DNA from: Leptolyngbyaceae cyanobacterium
Lineage (GTDB): Bacteria > Cyanobacteriota > Cyanobacteriia > Phormidesmidales > Phormidesmidaceae
Reading direction: 5' to 3'
NCBI GenBank assembly: GCA_965263355.1
Contig: CBDHHL010000056.1
Coordinates: 1,568,001 to 1,632,000, forward strand
Length of the DNA stretch: 64,000 bases
Part shown: positions 9,919 to 20,239 of the stretch, in pieces
Layout of the letters: each line of letters begins with the position of its first letter
Position numbering within the stretch: the stretch's first letter is position 1
Made by a program: the position numbers and the translations under genes
The notes under the pieces: generated by a model
The model's database searches: none
Told to the model about the DNA's origin: nothing
The model's input: the letters and a program-made list of their open reading frames with translations, nothing else

Positions 9919-11118
9919 TTAAACCGAGAAGGTTTCACTAAAGGTGTCATCGCTAAGGGTTATTTGCAGCCGAAACTGGGTCCCTGGAAAACACCTGAAG
10001 TGGGGCAACCGCATATAATCTTCTTGAGTACGGGCTTGAACAGACTGCAGCATTTCGTCATCTTGGGAATAAATAGAGAGGACCAGGTCAGTCGGTACAT
10101 GGTGATCCGCAACGGCGGGATGCACCTGCACACGCACACCCATACGGCCATCAGTCTCTGTATTTAGCACCATTAGTAATGCTACCGTTTGGGGCTCCAG
10201 TTCTGCATTTAATGTAATGAACTTAACCCTTGGGGCACAAAATCCTTTATCGTGCTTGGCGCGTCGTAAATTATGGGCTAAAGCTGGATGGCCAGCCCCC
10301 AGCAAAGCTTCCAGAGATTGCCATTCGTCTGCAAACAGGTCTTTAAGCCAATGACCAAGGTTGGTATTGGCCCTGGTCAGCTCAAGGCTAGACTGAGCTG
10401 GAGCCAAACGACTTTGATAAAGCTGCTGCCGCCAGTCTTCACGCTGGAGGATGGCTCCCCAACGTTCAAATGGGAGCGCTAGTCTCGGAAATACACTAGC
10501 GAGTTGAATTAACTGCTGTAGGGTCTGATCTGCCTGGGCAGCGGATAGGCTGGGTAACGGCTGAACCCTGGCCCGCGTGTCAGCATCTGGACATAATTGA
10601 TGGGTCGTCCAGAAGGCATTGAGATCACGGTTAAGGCTCTGGCCTGGTAAACAGTAGGTGCGATCGCACGGATCATAATCGGCCTGCTGTTTAAGGCACT
10701 GATGGGTGGTATACCCCCAAACCCGCAACCAGCAATTTTCTAAATCAATCTGAATCGCTAAATAATAATCGGCTGCCCACTGGGGGATATCCACCCATTC
10801 CTGGGGCACATCCAATCCATCCGTATCCAGGGTGTCCATGGGCAGGATAACCAATCGAGTAGCGTCCACCATCAGGCCGCTCCCCCCCACAATTTCCCAA
10901 ATGCTCGGTAAACTCTGCAGCTGAGGCCATGGCAATGCGGTAACGGCATATTCCTGCTGAAACCAGGGTAGAAAAACCCGCAGACACAGCAAGTTGAGAT
11001 AGACCTCCTGACGTCGCGTGGCGGTAGCCAGCGCTTGGCTCTCTTGCCAACACTGGGTTTGAATATCGGATGGGATTTCTAGCCACCATTCGGTCGGCTG
11101 AGCAAATGCGAGACTCAT
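9919..11118 (-). CDS. DUF1822 family protein
   Basis: VPQEWVDIP.WAADYYLA.Q and VWGYTTH motifs; LG.WL...F...WQ; C-terminal beta domain; follows a sigma-like gene. Confidence 0.88.
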   Translation of the reverse strand: MSLAFAQPTEWWLEIPSDIQTQCWQESQALATATRRQEVYLNLLCLRVFLPWFQQEYAVTALPWPQLQSLPSIWEIVGGSGLMVDATRLVILPMDTLDTDGLDVPQEWVDIPQWAADYYLAIQIDLENCWLRVWGYTTHQCLKQQADYDPCDRTYCLPGQSLNRDLNAFWTTHQLCPDADTRARVQPLPSLSAAQADQTLQQLIQLASVFPRLALPFERWGAILQREDWRQQLYQSRLAPAQSSLELTRANTNLGHWLKDLFADEWQSLEALLGAGHPALAHNLRRAKHDKGFCAPRVKFITLNAELEPQTVALLMVLNTETDGRMGVRVQVHPAVADHHVPTDLVLSIYSQDDEMLQSVQARTQEDYMRLPHFRCFPGTQFRLQITLSDDTFSETFSV

Positions 11119-11147
11119 AGGAGTAACTCTATTCTTAGAAACGGTAA

Positions 11148-12350
11148 TTAATTTATGTCCTGTGTATCCTGATTGCGATAGTTAACCGTCAACCATTCCT
11201 CTAGTGCAACACTCATACTGGCTATTAGGTCTGGAGACAGGGAAGTATGCATCGTTTGCATCTCGTCTGCCAAGGCAGACAGCAAACCCTCTCGGATGCG
11301 GTTTAGGCGGCGAGAAACGGTGTACTGCTTCAGGTTTAGCTGCTGGGCAATCTGTACCTGGGTAAGTCCATCATGGTAATAAAGCGACAAGATTAACCGT
11401 TTTTCAGGGGGTAATTGAGCGATCTCAGCTGCTAGCAATTCGTTGACCTGATTTTGCTGCCGTTGGCGCTGCTGGAGTTCCTCTAGCTGAATGATTGAGG
11501 CCATCAAAGATGACTGGGATGGGTCTGGCAAAAAATCCTGTAATTCGCCCATGTCACGGTTTGGCGCTGGCAAATTTAAGGAACGAACCGATGGATACAT
11601 GTATTCTCGAATCCACTCAGCACATTGGATTAAACGCTGCTTTAGGGCCTCTGGTGTCAGGGCAGGCCCTGGCTCAGAAAGTTGGGTTAAACGCTCGGTA
11701 TTGTAAAGGGTGGCGACTCGATCCCACTGCTGCTGATCCGGTGCCTTCAGTTTACGGGACGGTTTTTGGCCATAGCCATAGAGGGTTTTATAGCACAGCC
11801 AGGCCAGGCGATACTGGGCCATGGCCGTCATCGATACCCCGGCATAGCCAAGCGCCTCTACCATGCGCTGCTTACTCACCCGACGCAGTAACGTCCACCC
11901 TGAACAAATATCAACCTCGTGGTGCTGTCGCAGGATATCCCTAATTAAAGAACTATAGGCAATGCGGGCATAGCCCTTGAGGCTGGCACCCCGCTGGGGA
12001 TCATAGCCTGCCAAAATTTTTTTGTTTTCAATACTCACCAGTTGAAAACAGTCGGATAAACCGTAGGACGTATTGCTTAAAAAACCGCTTACTTTTTGCA
12101 CAGACCAGTAGCAAGCTTCCTGTAAATACGCCGATAAATGCCTCAGGGCAATAGTATCTGACTGCTTTTTCCAGCGTGTATGCCAGTAAAGCACCCAGCT
12201 ATCCTCTAACGGGGATAGCTCAGATAGATGGGCCTTGTGTAATTGCAAATTGCGACGCAGCTTATTGTCTATTATCCAACGGTTAAAGTGATCTGCTCGA
12301 AATTCAATAAATGTTGAAAAGATTTCGATCAGGCTCTGTCGAGAATACAT
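11148..12350 (-). CDS. sigma-70 family (HetZ-related) sigma factor-like protein
   Basis: R..LIEIFSTF N-terminus, HLSAYLQEACYW, C-terminal region-4 HTH LYY.DGLTQ.QIAQQL...QYTVSRRL; ATG at 12350 preferred over TTG at 12362. Confidence 0.88.
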   Translation of the reverse strand: MYSRQSLIEIFSTFIEFRADHFNRWIIDNKLRRNLQLHKAHLSELSPLEDSWVLYWHTRWKKQSDTIALRHLSAYLQEACYWSVQKVSGFLSNTSYGLSDCFQLVSIENKKILAGYDPQRGASLKGYARIAYSSLIRDILRQHHEVDICSGWTLLRRVSKQRMVEALGYAGVSMTAMAQYRLAWLCYKTLYGYGQKPSRKLKAPDQQQWDRVATLYNTERLTQLSEPGPALTPEALKQRLIQCAEWIREYMYPSVRSLNLPAPNRDMGELQDFLPDPSQSSLMASIIQLEELQQRQRQQNQVNELLAAEIAQLPPEKRLILSLYYHDGLTQVQIAQQLNLKQYTVSRRLNRIREGLLSALADEMQTMHTSLSPDLIASMSVALEEWLTVNYRNQDTQDIN

Positions 12351-12599
12351 ATATGAGTTCAAAAGGAGCCTTAAGGAACGCTGGGATCAATTATGGTAGA
12401 CCTACGCCAGAATAGATAGAGGCAGTTAACGATGTAAAATCTACAACCTATGACTTTGGGCTAAGCCATCTGCTCTAAATGCGTCACACACCCTAAGGGG
12501 TAACATAACGAACTAAGCAGGCTCTAGACAATATTCAGTTAAACTTTGCTTGAATTACTCAAATCATCCAAAATCCTGGTTAATAGCTTCAGGTATCCC

Positions 12600-12629
12600 A
12601 GGGCTGGCAAAAGGCACAGCCCCTACAAG
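12600..12629. repeat. GTAG-type REP-like element
   Basis: agggctggcaaaaggcacagcccctacaag is the near-exact reverse complement of 50596-50625. Confidence 0.7.
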
Positions 12630-12661
12630 GGGATTTATTTACCTTTCACGACTCACCCCCT

Positions 12662-15580
12662 CTAAAGTTCGGCTTCTAAATCCCGCAGAATAGTTTCCCC
12701 GCCAGACTGTTGAGGATTAAAAATTGCCTGTAACGATTGCTCTAATGTTTCTCCCATCGCAATCCGGTTTTGATAGGCCACAATCACACGAGCCAAAATC
12801 GGTAATCGATTTTGTTCCGCCTCCAGATAAAGGGGTTCAACATATAGCAATGAATCTTCGATTGGAATGACCAGTAGATTGCCTTGCTTGGCACGGGACC
12901 CCTGGGTATTCCAAAGAGAAATGCGCTGAGAGATTTCCGGGTCTTGATTAATCCGGGCTTCAATTTGCTCGGGACCATACACCAGTTCCTGTTTTGGGAA
13001 ACGATAGAGCAATATGCGGCCATATTGATTACCGTCGGAACGGGCCGCTAACCAGGCAATCAAATTGTTGCGCTGGGATGGTGTAAACGGACGTAGTAAA
13101 ACAAACTCTTCTTCATCCTCCTGGGGCAGTTTCATAATCAAATAATAGGGCTCTACCACCTGGGACTCATTGGCATAGATTTCATTGGGAGCCCGCCAGG
13201 TATCTTCTCGGTTGTAAAAAATACGAGGATCAGTCATGTGGTAGACCAACAACTGATCGGATTGCACCAGGGAGTAATCTTCGGGGTAGCGGATATGGGC
13301 AACCAGGGCCGGTGGCATGGCGTCTAAAGGTTGCAGCATGCTAGGAAATAGCTGCGCCCAGGTTTGAATAATGGGATCGGTGGCATCAGCAATGTAAAAG
13401 GAAACCGAACCGTTGTAAGCATCCACCACCACCTTGATCGAGTTACGAATGTAGTTAAACGTCTGCCCGCCAGGATCTGAGTAGGGATAGCGATCGCTAG
13501 TGGTATAGGCATCAATGATCCAGTAGAGATAGTTACCCTCTGAATCAATCGGATTAGAACTATCGGAGGCCGCTTGGGCATTAGCATCAGCTACCACTAA
13601 ATAGGGATCGCTATCAAAGCGAAGAAACGGGGCAATTTGCTTTACCCTAGCTTGAATATTTCGGCGAAATAACAATTTTGTATCCGTTGTAAAATCATTG
13701 GCAAACAACATTTGCCAGTCGCCCAGATGCTTGGCATAGAGTAATCGCTGCCATAAACTCCCCAAGCTAATGCCAGCGTTGCCAGCATAGGTGGTATACA
13801 CATTGTCATTTTCTCCCGGATAATCCAGTTCAGGCACCCGTGTACCGGTCATAATATAGTTGTTGGTTAGCTCGCCAAAATAAATGCGGGGCTGACCGAT
13901 GGGAATGCTGCGGGCAACATCTTCATTAGTGGGAAGATGGGCAATACCTTTAATAAAATAATCGGGCAGTCCACCAATGGCAGCTGTATTCACTGGGCTC
14001 ATGGTAAACCCATAGCCATGGGTATAGCTCAAATGTTTATTGACCCAGGTTTTGGCAGTATCTTCCAGTTGTTCATAGTTGAGTTCACGGGCCGAGATCA
14101 GCACCTGCCGACGTTCGGTGGTACCGTCTGCTTTAGTTAGGGTATAGCGATCCACATCGGCGTCAGCAAATTCATAGTACAGGCGAATCTGTTGCAGCTG
14201 TCGATTACTTTCCAACAGGGGGCGTGTGTCCCAAACACGGATATTGCGCACCGTCAGATCGTTATCGCTTAATTTGTCGGCTGTCAGATTATAGTTTGGG
14301 TCAAAACTCTCGTCTTGGATATCGCTCAGGTTAAACGCATCACGGGTAAATTTGATCGCTCGCTCAATGTAGGGACGCTCTCTTTGAAATTCGTTAGGTT
14401 GTACAATTAACTGCTGTACTAGCCAGGGTGCGAGGGTTTCACCGATGAGAGCAACGGTCAAATAGGTGCCAATGAGAAGCATAAATGAGGGCATGCGCAA
14501 CCGTGATTGATGTTTGCTAAACCCAAAGAGAGATCGACCAAAGGCTACAACTACCAGGCTCAGGGTGATCATACTCAGGACCGTTTGTACGGGTAAGTCC
14601 ACCATGAAATCGGTGTAGCTGGCTCCATAGGTCACCCCCTGACGAGAGTACAGTAACTCGTAACGGTTGAGCCAATGGCTCATGCTGGTGGTCAGCAGTA
14701 GCCCCCCGGAGAGAATGTAGAGGTGTCGCTGCTGTGGGGCTGAAAACCCAAGAAAACGTCCCTGACTCAGACTTTTACCGGCAAGTAAATAAACTAAAGC
14801 GACGGCTCCTAAGGTAAATAGAAATAACCCTGAGAGCCAGAATTCTGCTAACTCTAGAACGGGTAACCGGAAAATGTAAAAGCTAATGTCTTGTTGAAAC
14901 AGCGGATCAATTTGCTCAAAACTGGTGGGATTCAACGCAGGCAAGACGCGCGACCACTGAGCCCCCAATACCAGGCTAAAGCTAAGGCTCAAGATTAAGG
15001 CTGCGATCGCACTCCCCATCCCTGGATAGATCAACACCCCCAACATAATCACCAGCAGTAGGCCACCCTGCCAGGGCTGAGCGATTAGCTGCTGGACAAT
15101 GTGCCACCCTGTATCCACATTTAGCCATAGGGGCAATGTGGGCAGCGGTTCAGCTACATTCGAATGCCAACGGCTCAGGGCAAGTTGACTATGGTACAGC
15201 AACGATATGGAAACCACCGTGGCTAACCCAATGGCCAGGGGCAACAACCGCCCCAGTCCAATCCCCCGGCGGCGATTTTCAACACTGGGAACAATGCAAT
15301 AGTCATCAAAGCTCAGCTGCCTCGCTCGCCATAGGTTAATGCCAGCAAACAGCAAACTGCCCAGAAATGTAATTGCCCCGAGGCCAATCTGGGTACGTAG
15401 CCGTAGCCAGAATGCGTCAAGATAGTTGACAGACTGAAACCATAGGCCTTCCGCTGCAAAATACGTGAGGATGTCTAAACTCAGGAAAAGTGCGATCGCA
15501 ATCAGTCCCCAGGTCCAGTAAACTCCCGCAGATTTTTGTGAGCTTTTCCGTTGCTGCCCTTGCAAAATCGCCATTGCCAA
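12662..15580 (-). CDS. UPF0182 family membrane protein
   Basis: DPLF..DISFY.F.LP, NIRVWD.RPL, YTHGYG, PRIYFGE, NYIRNS.K, GNLLVIP motifs. Confidence 0.95.
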   Translation of the reverse strand: MAMAILQGQQRKSSQKSAGVYWTWGLIAIALFLSLDILTYFAAEGLWFQSVNYLDAFWLRLRTQIGLGAITFLGSLLFAGINLWRARQLSFDDYCIVPSVENRRRGIGLGRLLPLAIGLATVVSISLLYHSQLALSRWHSNVAEPLPTLPLWLNVDTGWHIVQQLIAQPWQGGLLLVIMLGVLIYPGMGSAIAALILSLSFSLVLGAQWSRVLPALNPTSFEQIDPLFQQDISFYIFRLPVLELAEFWLSGLFLFTLGAVALVYLLAGKSLSQGRFLGFSAPQQRHLYILSGGLLLTTSMSHWLNRYELLYSRQGVTYGASYTDFMVDLPVQTVLSMITLSLVVVAFGRSLFGFSKHQSRLRMPSFMLLIGTYLTVALIGETLAPWLVQQLIVQPNEFQRERPYIERAIKFTRDAFNLSDIQDESFDPNYNLTADKLSDNDLTVRNIRVWDTRPLLESNRQLQQIRLYYEFADADVDRYTLTKADGTTERRQVLISARELNYEQLEDTAKTWVNKHLSYTHGYGFTMSPVNTAAIGGLPDYFIKGIAHLPTNEDVARSIPIGQPRIYFGELTNNYIMTGTRVPELDYPGENDNVYTTYAGNAGISLGSLWQRLLYAKHLGDWQMLFANDFTTDTKLLFRRNIQARVKQIAPFLRFDSDPYLVVADANAQAASDSSNPIDSEGNYLYWIIDAYTTSDRYPYSDPGGQTFNYIRNSIKVVVDAYNGSVSFYIADATDPIIQTWAQLFPSMLQPLDAMPPALVAHIRYPEDYSLVQSDQLLVYHMTDPRIFYNREDTWRAPNEIYANESQVVEPYYLIMKLPQEDEEEFVLLRPFTPSQRNNLIAWLAARSDGNQYGRILLYRFPKQELVYGPEQIEARINQDPEISQRISLWNTQGSRAKQGNLLVIPIEDSLLYVEPLYLEAEQNRLPILARVIVAYQNRIAMGETLEQSLQAIFNPQQSGGETILRDLEAEL

Positions 15581-15700
15581 TCAAGATATGTCAGGATTCC
15601 GTCAATCTATACTAGCGTTCTGTTAAGACTAGGATTTCGACTACAACGGCGAGTTCGCCACTCACTACCCCACACGGGAATTGTTTTAGAGAGAGCTGTT

Positions 15701-16705
15701 CTAAAGCAGTTGAAATATGGTACCCATAAACCAGACATAGAGCATGATAAAGAGCCACCCTTCCCAAGTTGTAATCTTGTTATCCTGAACTACAAAGAAC
15801 ATGAGCAGCGACGCTGCCAGTAGTGTAGGCACGCTATAGGTCAAGATGGTATCCGCAACCGGTAGCGGTGAAATCATCCCTGGAATACCCACTACTACAA
15901 ATATATTAAAAATATTAGAACCAACAACATTTCCCACCGCCAGCTCTGCTTTATCCTTAAGTGCTGCATTGATAGTTACCATCAGTTCTGGCAGCGAAGT
16001 TCCAATAGCAACCGCACTGATGGCAATAATCTCTTTCCCTATATTCAGGCGGTCAGAGATTTTGATTAACGCATCAATGGTGTAGTTGGCCCCTAGAAAG
16101 ATAAAAATTCCACTCGCCAACAAGATGAGACAATACCTGACAATTTGAGCAGAACGATTAGATATCTGAGAAACTGGCTCAGTGTTATTCGACGTCTGAC
16201 TGTCTTCTTCACTGCTTTTAAGCACATAGAACAGATAGACAATATAACCAATAAAAAGGATCAGCGCCTCACCACGCGTAAACTGCTGCTTCGATGTCCC
16301 CATCAAGGCAAACAAAAACGCTGACCCAACAAACAAGGGCAAATCCACACTGACCAGGTTATACATCACCCGTAAGAGTTTCCTGCTCATAATGGCAGCC
16401 ACCCCCACCACCAAACAAATATTGGCGATATTGGAACCAATCACATTGCTGGCCACGACTTCTGAGGCACCTTGAAAAATACCAAACAGCGACGACAATA
16501 ACTCCGGCAGCGATGTGCCCATGGATACAATCGTGACGCCTACAATAAATGGCGGTAGACCAATGACCAGCCCCAGTTTTTCAGCAGCATTCGTAAAAAA
16601 ATCTGACGCAAGTATTAATGCAGTCAAGCCAACGACGAAAATTAATAGAAGGAGCGGCAAAGAATCCATAGACAAAGACGCATAAGTATTGATTGTCCGA
16701 CTCAC
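15701..16705 (-). CDS. calcium/sodium antiporter (CaCA, YrbG-like)
   Basis: Two alpha repeats GTSLPEL with GSNI.N; about 10 TM helices; start may be the Met at codon 13. Confidence 0.95.
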   Translation of the reverse strand: MSRTINTYASLSMDSLPLLLLIFVVGLTALILASDFFTNAAEKLGLVIGLPPFIVGVTIVSMGTSLPELLSSLFGIFQGASEVVASNVIGSNIANICLVVGVAAIMSRKLLRVMYNLVSVDLPLFVGSAFLFALMGTSKQQFTRGEALILFIGYIVYLFYVLKSSEEDSQTSNNTEPVSQISNRSAQIVRYCLILLASGIFIFLGANYTIDALIKISDRLNIGKEIIAISAVAIGTSLPELMVTINAALKDKAELAVGNVVGSNIFNIFVVVGIPGMISPLPVADTILTYSVPTLLAASLLMFFVVQDNKITTWEGWLFIMLYVWFMGTIFQLL

Positions 16706-17032
16706 AATCCTATCGAAGATGCCTGATGGTAACCTAAAAATGGTTCAAAATTACTAAAAAACTAGGACCGTTCTGGATAACGAAAAGTCGCGCGACAAAC
16801 CATTAAAGCCTTAGAGTTAGCGACAGTCAGAATCCTGGAAACTGGTGCAAACCTGAAGGCTGTGGGAAGCTAGGAACAGTGTCCCAGGCCCGTACATTAA
16901 GACTTTTTCGAGCAAGTTTTACAACGCCTTGAACAAATCGAACAGCAGCTTCACTCTGCCAACAGAAATCCACAATAATCTAGGGAAGCATGTCGCAGTA
17001 ATGGTGAGAGGTGTGGAGTACTCGCTTTAAAG

Positions 17033-17165
17033 CTACCGTGTATACACAACTGGAAGATTATTAGCATTGAGCATGACAAGCAGCGGTTCCCCTTGGCAGG
17101 CTATTTGAAAACCATTCAATCTTAAGAGTTTTAGCCATTCTCTCTGACTTATGTATACACCGTAG
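17033..17165. mobile_element. MITE with terminal inverted repeats and target-site duplication
   Basis: TIRs ctaccgtgtatacacaa / ttatgtatacaccgtag; gctttaaag duplicated at 17024-17032 and 17167-17175; no internal ORF. Confidence 0.75.
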
Positions 17166-17234
17166 TGCTTTAAAGGGATAACCAATTTAGGATCTTAGGT
17201 ATCTCAGTAACTTCAAGTCTCATTTTCTAAACCT

Positions 17235-17894
17235 ATGCTTGCCGCTAATCAGCGTCAGAAACTTGACGAATCGAACGATGCTTTGTTTTACGAATATCCC
17301 CGCTTTGTCAACCATGTTGATGAGCGCTTTATTGAGCAGCTAACTGAGTTATATCAGGAACGGCTTCAACCGAATAGCTGCATTTTAGACCTGATGAGCA
17401 GCTGGGTATCCCATCTACCCTCCGAGATGGACTTTGCCCGCGTGGCAGGCCATGGCATGAACGCTGAAGAACTGGCTAAAAATCCAAGGCTAGACAGTTA
17501 CGTTGTTCAAAATCTAAACGAAAACCAGGCCCTACCGTTTGCAGACCGAACCTTTGATGCTGTGCTCAACACCGTTTCTGTGCAGTACTTGCAGCAGCCT
17601 GAAGCTGTCTTTGCTGAGGTTTACCGCGTGCTGAAACCCGGTGGCATTGCCATTGTCAGCTTTTCTAATCGCATGTTTTACCAAAAAGCGATCGCAGCCT
17701 GGCGAGACAGCAGCGACGCCAATCACATCGCCCTGGTTAAACGCTACTTTGAGTCAGTCAAAGGCTTTAGCCAGCCCGAAGTCATCGCCAATCAGGGGCC
17801 ACCCATCAATCCAATTTTGCAAATGATGGGTATGGCCAGCAATGACCCGTTTTATGCCGTGATTGCAGAACGGATGGAAGTTTTGGTGGGTTAA
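17235..17894 (+). CDS. class I SAM-dependent methyltransferase
   Basis: FY..PRFV.H.D, ILDLMSSWVSHLP, RVLKPGG, SFSNR motifs. Confidence 0.92.
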   Translation: MLAANQRQKLDESNDALFYEYPRFVNHVDERFIEQLTELYQERLQPNSCILDLMSSWVSHLPSEMDFARVAGHGMNAEELAKNPRLDSYVVQNLNENQALPFADRTFDAVLNTVSVQYLQQPEAVFAEVYRVLKPGGIAIVSFSNRMFYQKAIAAWRDSSDANHIALVKRYFESVKGFSQPEVIANQGPPINPILQMMGMASNDPFYAVIAERMEVLVG

Positions 17895-17968
17895 AGTACC
17901 CACCTACGCAATTACTTCAACATACGAACTCATCAAATACGGGAATACTGGGGCGGCAAACTCCTTCT

Positions 17969-19093
17969 GTGACCTGTATGCCGTCGTCACTTTCCCTATA
18001 TTTTGATTTTGTTCGAGCTTTAGCTGCCATTATTGTGGTTCTCCATCACTATAGTCAACATCTGGTAAAAGCAGAGTTTGGTCGCGTTGTGTTTCCCCAC
18101 CTGGGCCAAGAAGCCGTCATCACCTTTTTTGTTTTATCAGGCTTTGTTATTAGCTGGGTTGTTGATACTAGACGCCCATCTATTAGTGATTTTTTGATCA
18201 AGCGATTGGCTCGTTTTTATTCAGTCATGTTGCCAGCGATTGCCGTCTTAGGCATTTGTTTTTTGGTCACGATGCAGATTGACCCTAAACTCTATCAATA
18301 TCAGGGAGATGGAGAACACTTTTGGCTAAAATCCCTATTTACCCTTGGATTTGTGAACTTTAATTCAGTGGTTTATCAGGTGAAATTACCAGGTGGCAGT
18401 CCTTTCTGGAGTTTGACCTATGAGTTTTGGTACTACATTGTCTTTGCGCTGTGGGTGTTTTCTAAACGCTGGTGGATATCCATCGTTAGTACCATCAGCA
18501 TCTTTATGTTTTTAGGATGGGATGCATTTTTACTATGGCCAGTTTGGCTCATGGGTGTAGCCATCTACTGGCTCAGCAAACGGATTACCCTGACACCCTT
18601 TAAAGCAAAGCTCCTGTTTGGTCTGAGCCTGGGCTTGATCATCAACCTATATTTCACCGGCTGGCGCTACAGTCTCCTTTCCCTTGAGACCTATTTTACT
18701 AATATCCATTTCATTGACATAGACGGCCTCCGCTATGCCAAAGCGGCCCCCTATTTTCTATGCCTTGGTTTATTGATGGGACTCAATTTCCTGGCCGTTA
18801 AAGCCTGGTCCACCAAACACTTGCTCCAAGTACCTAAAAGGCTAGAAAAGGAAATTCGTCACTTAGCTGGCGTTTCCTTTACGCTTTACCTCATACATGT
18901 ACCCATCATGCTGTTGCTCAGAGGAGTGCTAAATGGGTATGGGTTCCATTTTTTGATCCCTGCCCTCACCATTGTGATTGTGTATCTGATTGGCCGTCCC
19001 ATCGAGAACTCTAAGACCTGGTACAGAAAGCATCTGCAAATTTTGAGCCGCCAGTTGATCGCCATTACACCATTACGAGGAAATCGTGCCTAA
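17969..19093 (+). CDS. acyltransferase 3 (OafA-like) membrane protein
   Basis: D.VRALAA..VV.HH, FFVLSGFVI, WSLTYEFWYY, SFTLYLIHVP motifs. Confidence 0.92.
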   Translation: MTCMPSSLSLYFDFVRALAAIIVVLHHYSQHLVKAEFGRVVFPHLGQEAVITFFVLSGFVISWVVDTRRPSISDFLIKRLARFYSVMLPAIAVLGICFLVTMQIDPKLYQYQGDGEHFWLKSLFTLGFVNFNSVVYQVKLPGGSPFWSLTYEFWYYIVFALWVFSKRWWISIVSTISIFMFLGWDAFLLWPVWLMGVAIYWLSKRITLTPFKAKLLFGLSLGLIINLYFTGWRYSLLSLETYFTNIHFIDIDGLRYAKAAPYFLCLGLLMGLNFLAVKAWSTKHLLQVPKRLEKEIRHLAGVSFTLYLIHVPIMLLLRGVLNGYGFHFLIPALTIVIVYLIGRPIENSKTWYRKHLQILSRQLIAITPLRGNRA

Positions 19094-19168
19094 CAGGGTG
19101 GACAATGCCCACTAGCCAAAATATTTACCCACAATCCAGCAACATCCACCGTCCAAAATCGCCCACCG

Positions 19169-19801
19169 TTATCCAACACTGCTACGCTGCTTGCTACCAT
19201 AGGCCTTCCAAGCCAAATCAATCAGACCGTTCACAATTGCCACAGCGACCACGGTACTCCCCTTACGGCCACCGATACAAATGCTAGGCATCAGGCTATC
19301 TTTCAACCGGGATTTAGTCACTTCTGCTTTCAAAAAACCAGCAGGGGTGGCGATCACCAAGGCCGGTCGAATCACATCGTTTTCAATCAGCTGGACTAAA
19401 CTATCCAGGGCTGGCTGCGAATGGCCGATGACAAAAATAGCCTCTGGATAACGCTTTGCCAGGGTTTCCAGACCCCAAGCAGCTCTGGACTGATCCTTTT
19501 GCGGTCGGGTAATGGCATCCATCGCGCAATAGACCGGATTGGCAAAGGTTTCCTGGAGTCTTGGGGTAATCCCAGCTTGAGCCATGGGACCATCCACCAC
19601 CACCGTAGTCCGGGCTGCGAGCGCGGCAGCCCCAGACTGTAGAGCTTGATCTGAAAACTGGATCAGAGCCTTGTACTCATAATCTGCGGTGGCATAAATG
19701 ACCCGACGCACGATTTCATATTCAGCTGGAGCAAATGTATGCTCACCTATTTCTTGATCAATGATGCGTAAACTCTGTGCATCGGTAACATGCCATTCCA
19801 T
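19169..19801 (-). CDS. cobH: precorrin-8X methylmutase (CobH/CbiC) family protein
   Basis: RRVI.ATAD, PALVIATP.GF, GRKGST.VAVAIVN motifs; the usual catalytic His is Tyr here. Confidence 0.8.
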   Translation of the reverse strand: MEWHVTDAQSLRIIDQEIGEHTFAPAEYEIVRRVIYATADYEYKALIQFSDQALQSGAAALAARTTVVVDGPMAQAGITPRLQETFANPVYCAMDAITRPQKDQSRAAWGLETLAKRYPEAIFVIGHSQPALDSLVQLIENDVIRPALVIATPAGFLKAEVTKSRLKDSLMPSICIGGRKGSTVVAVAIVNGLIDLAWKAYGSKQRSSVG

Positions 19802-20239
19802 AAGTGCTGCCTGCAGGTTCCGCTAGTTTCGATAGACTAGCATCGTCATTATATTCTCAGGCATCCAGACTACATCAATATACAATGTTGCAATTTTTTC
19901 GTAGCCCAGCCTACGGGCCTACAGTCATCAGGCTAGTAAGTACAAATGCTTATCCTTAAGTGCCGATGAGCTAAGGCTTTAGGGGGATTTCAGGCCGCTG
20001 ATTCTACCAATTTTTTTAGCCATTTAGTGGGGTGAAGAGGCGTTGAATCCACTGCTCTGCGTGATCTACACCGTACCCTCCGTCTGATATTCTGAAGCTA
20101 TCAAAGGCGCTCATATAGTTTTAATGCCACTGTTGGTTCTAGGAACGATGCTGGGGAGTGGACTATTGCAGTGCCTCTCGCAGTCCTACAATCAGCAGTG
20201 CCGTCTTGGTAAAAGCAGGCAGTTTGGAGGAAATACGCA

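Noticed and set aside
19802..20239. Cobalamin riboswitch upstream of the cobH-like gene
   Set aside because: Only an isolated GCCACTG is present; the rest of the B12-box architecture is not evident
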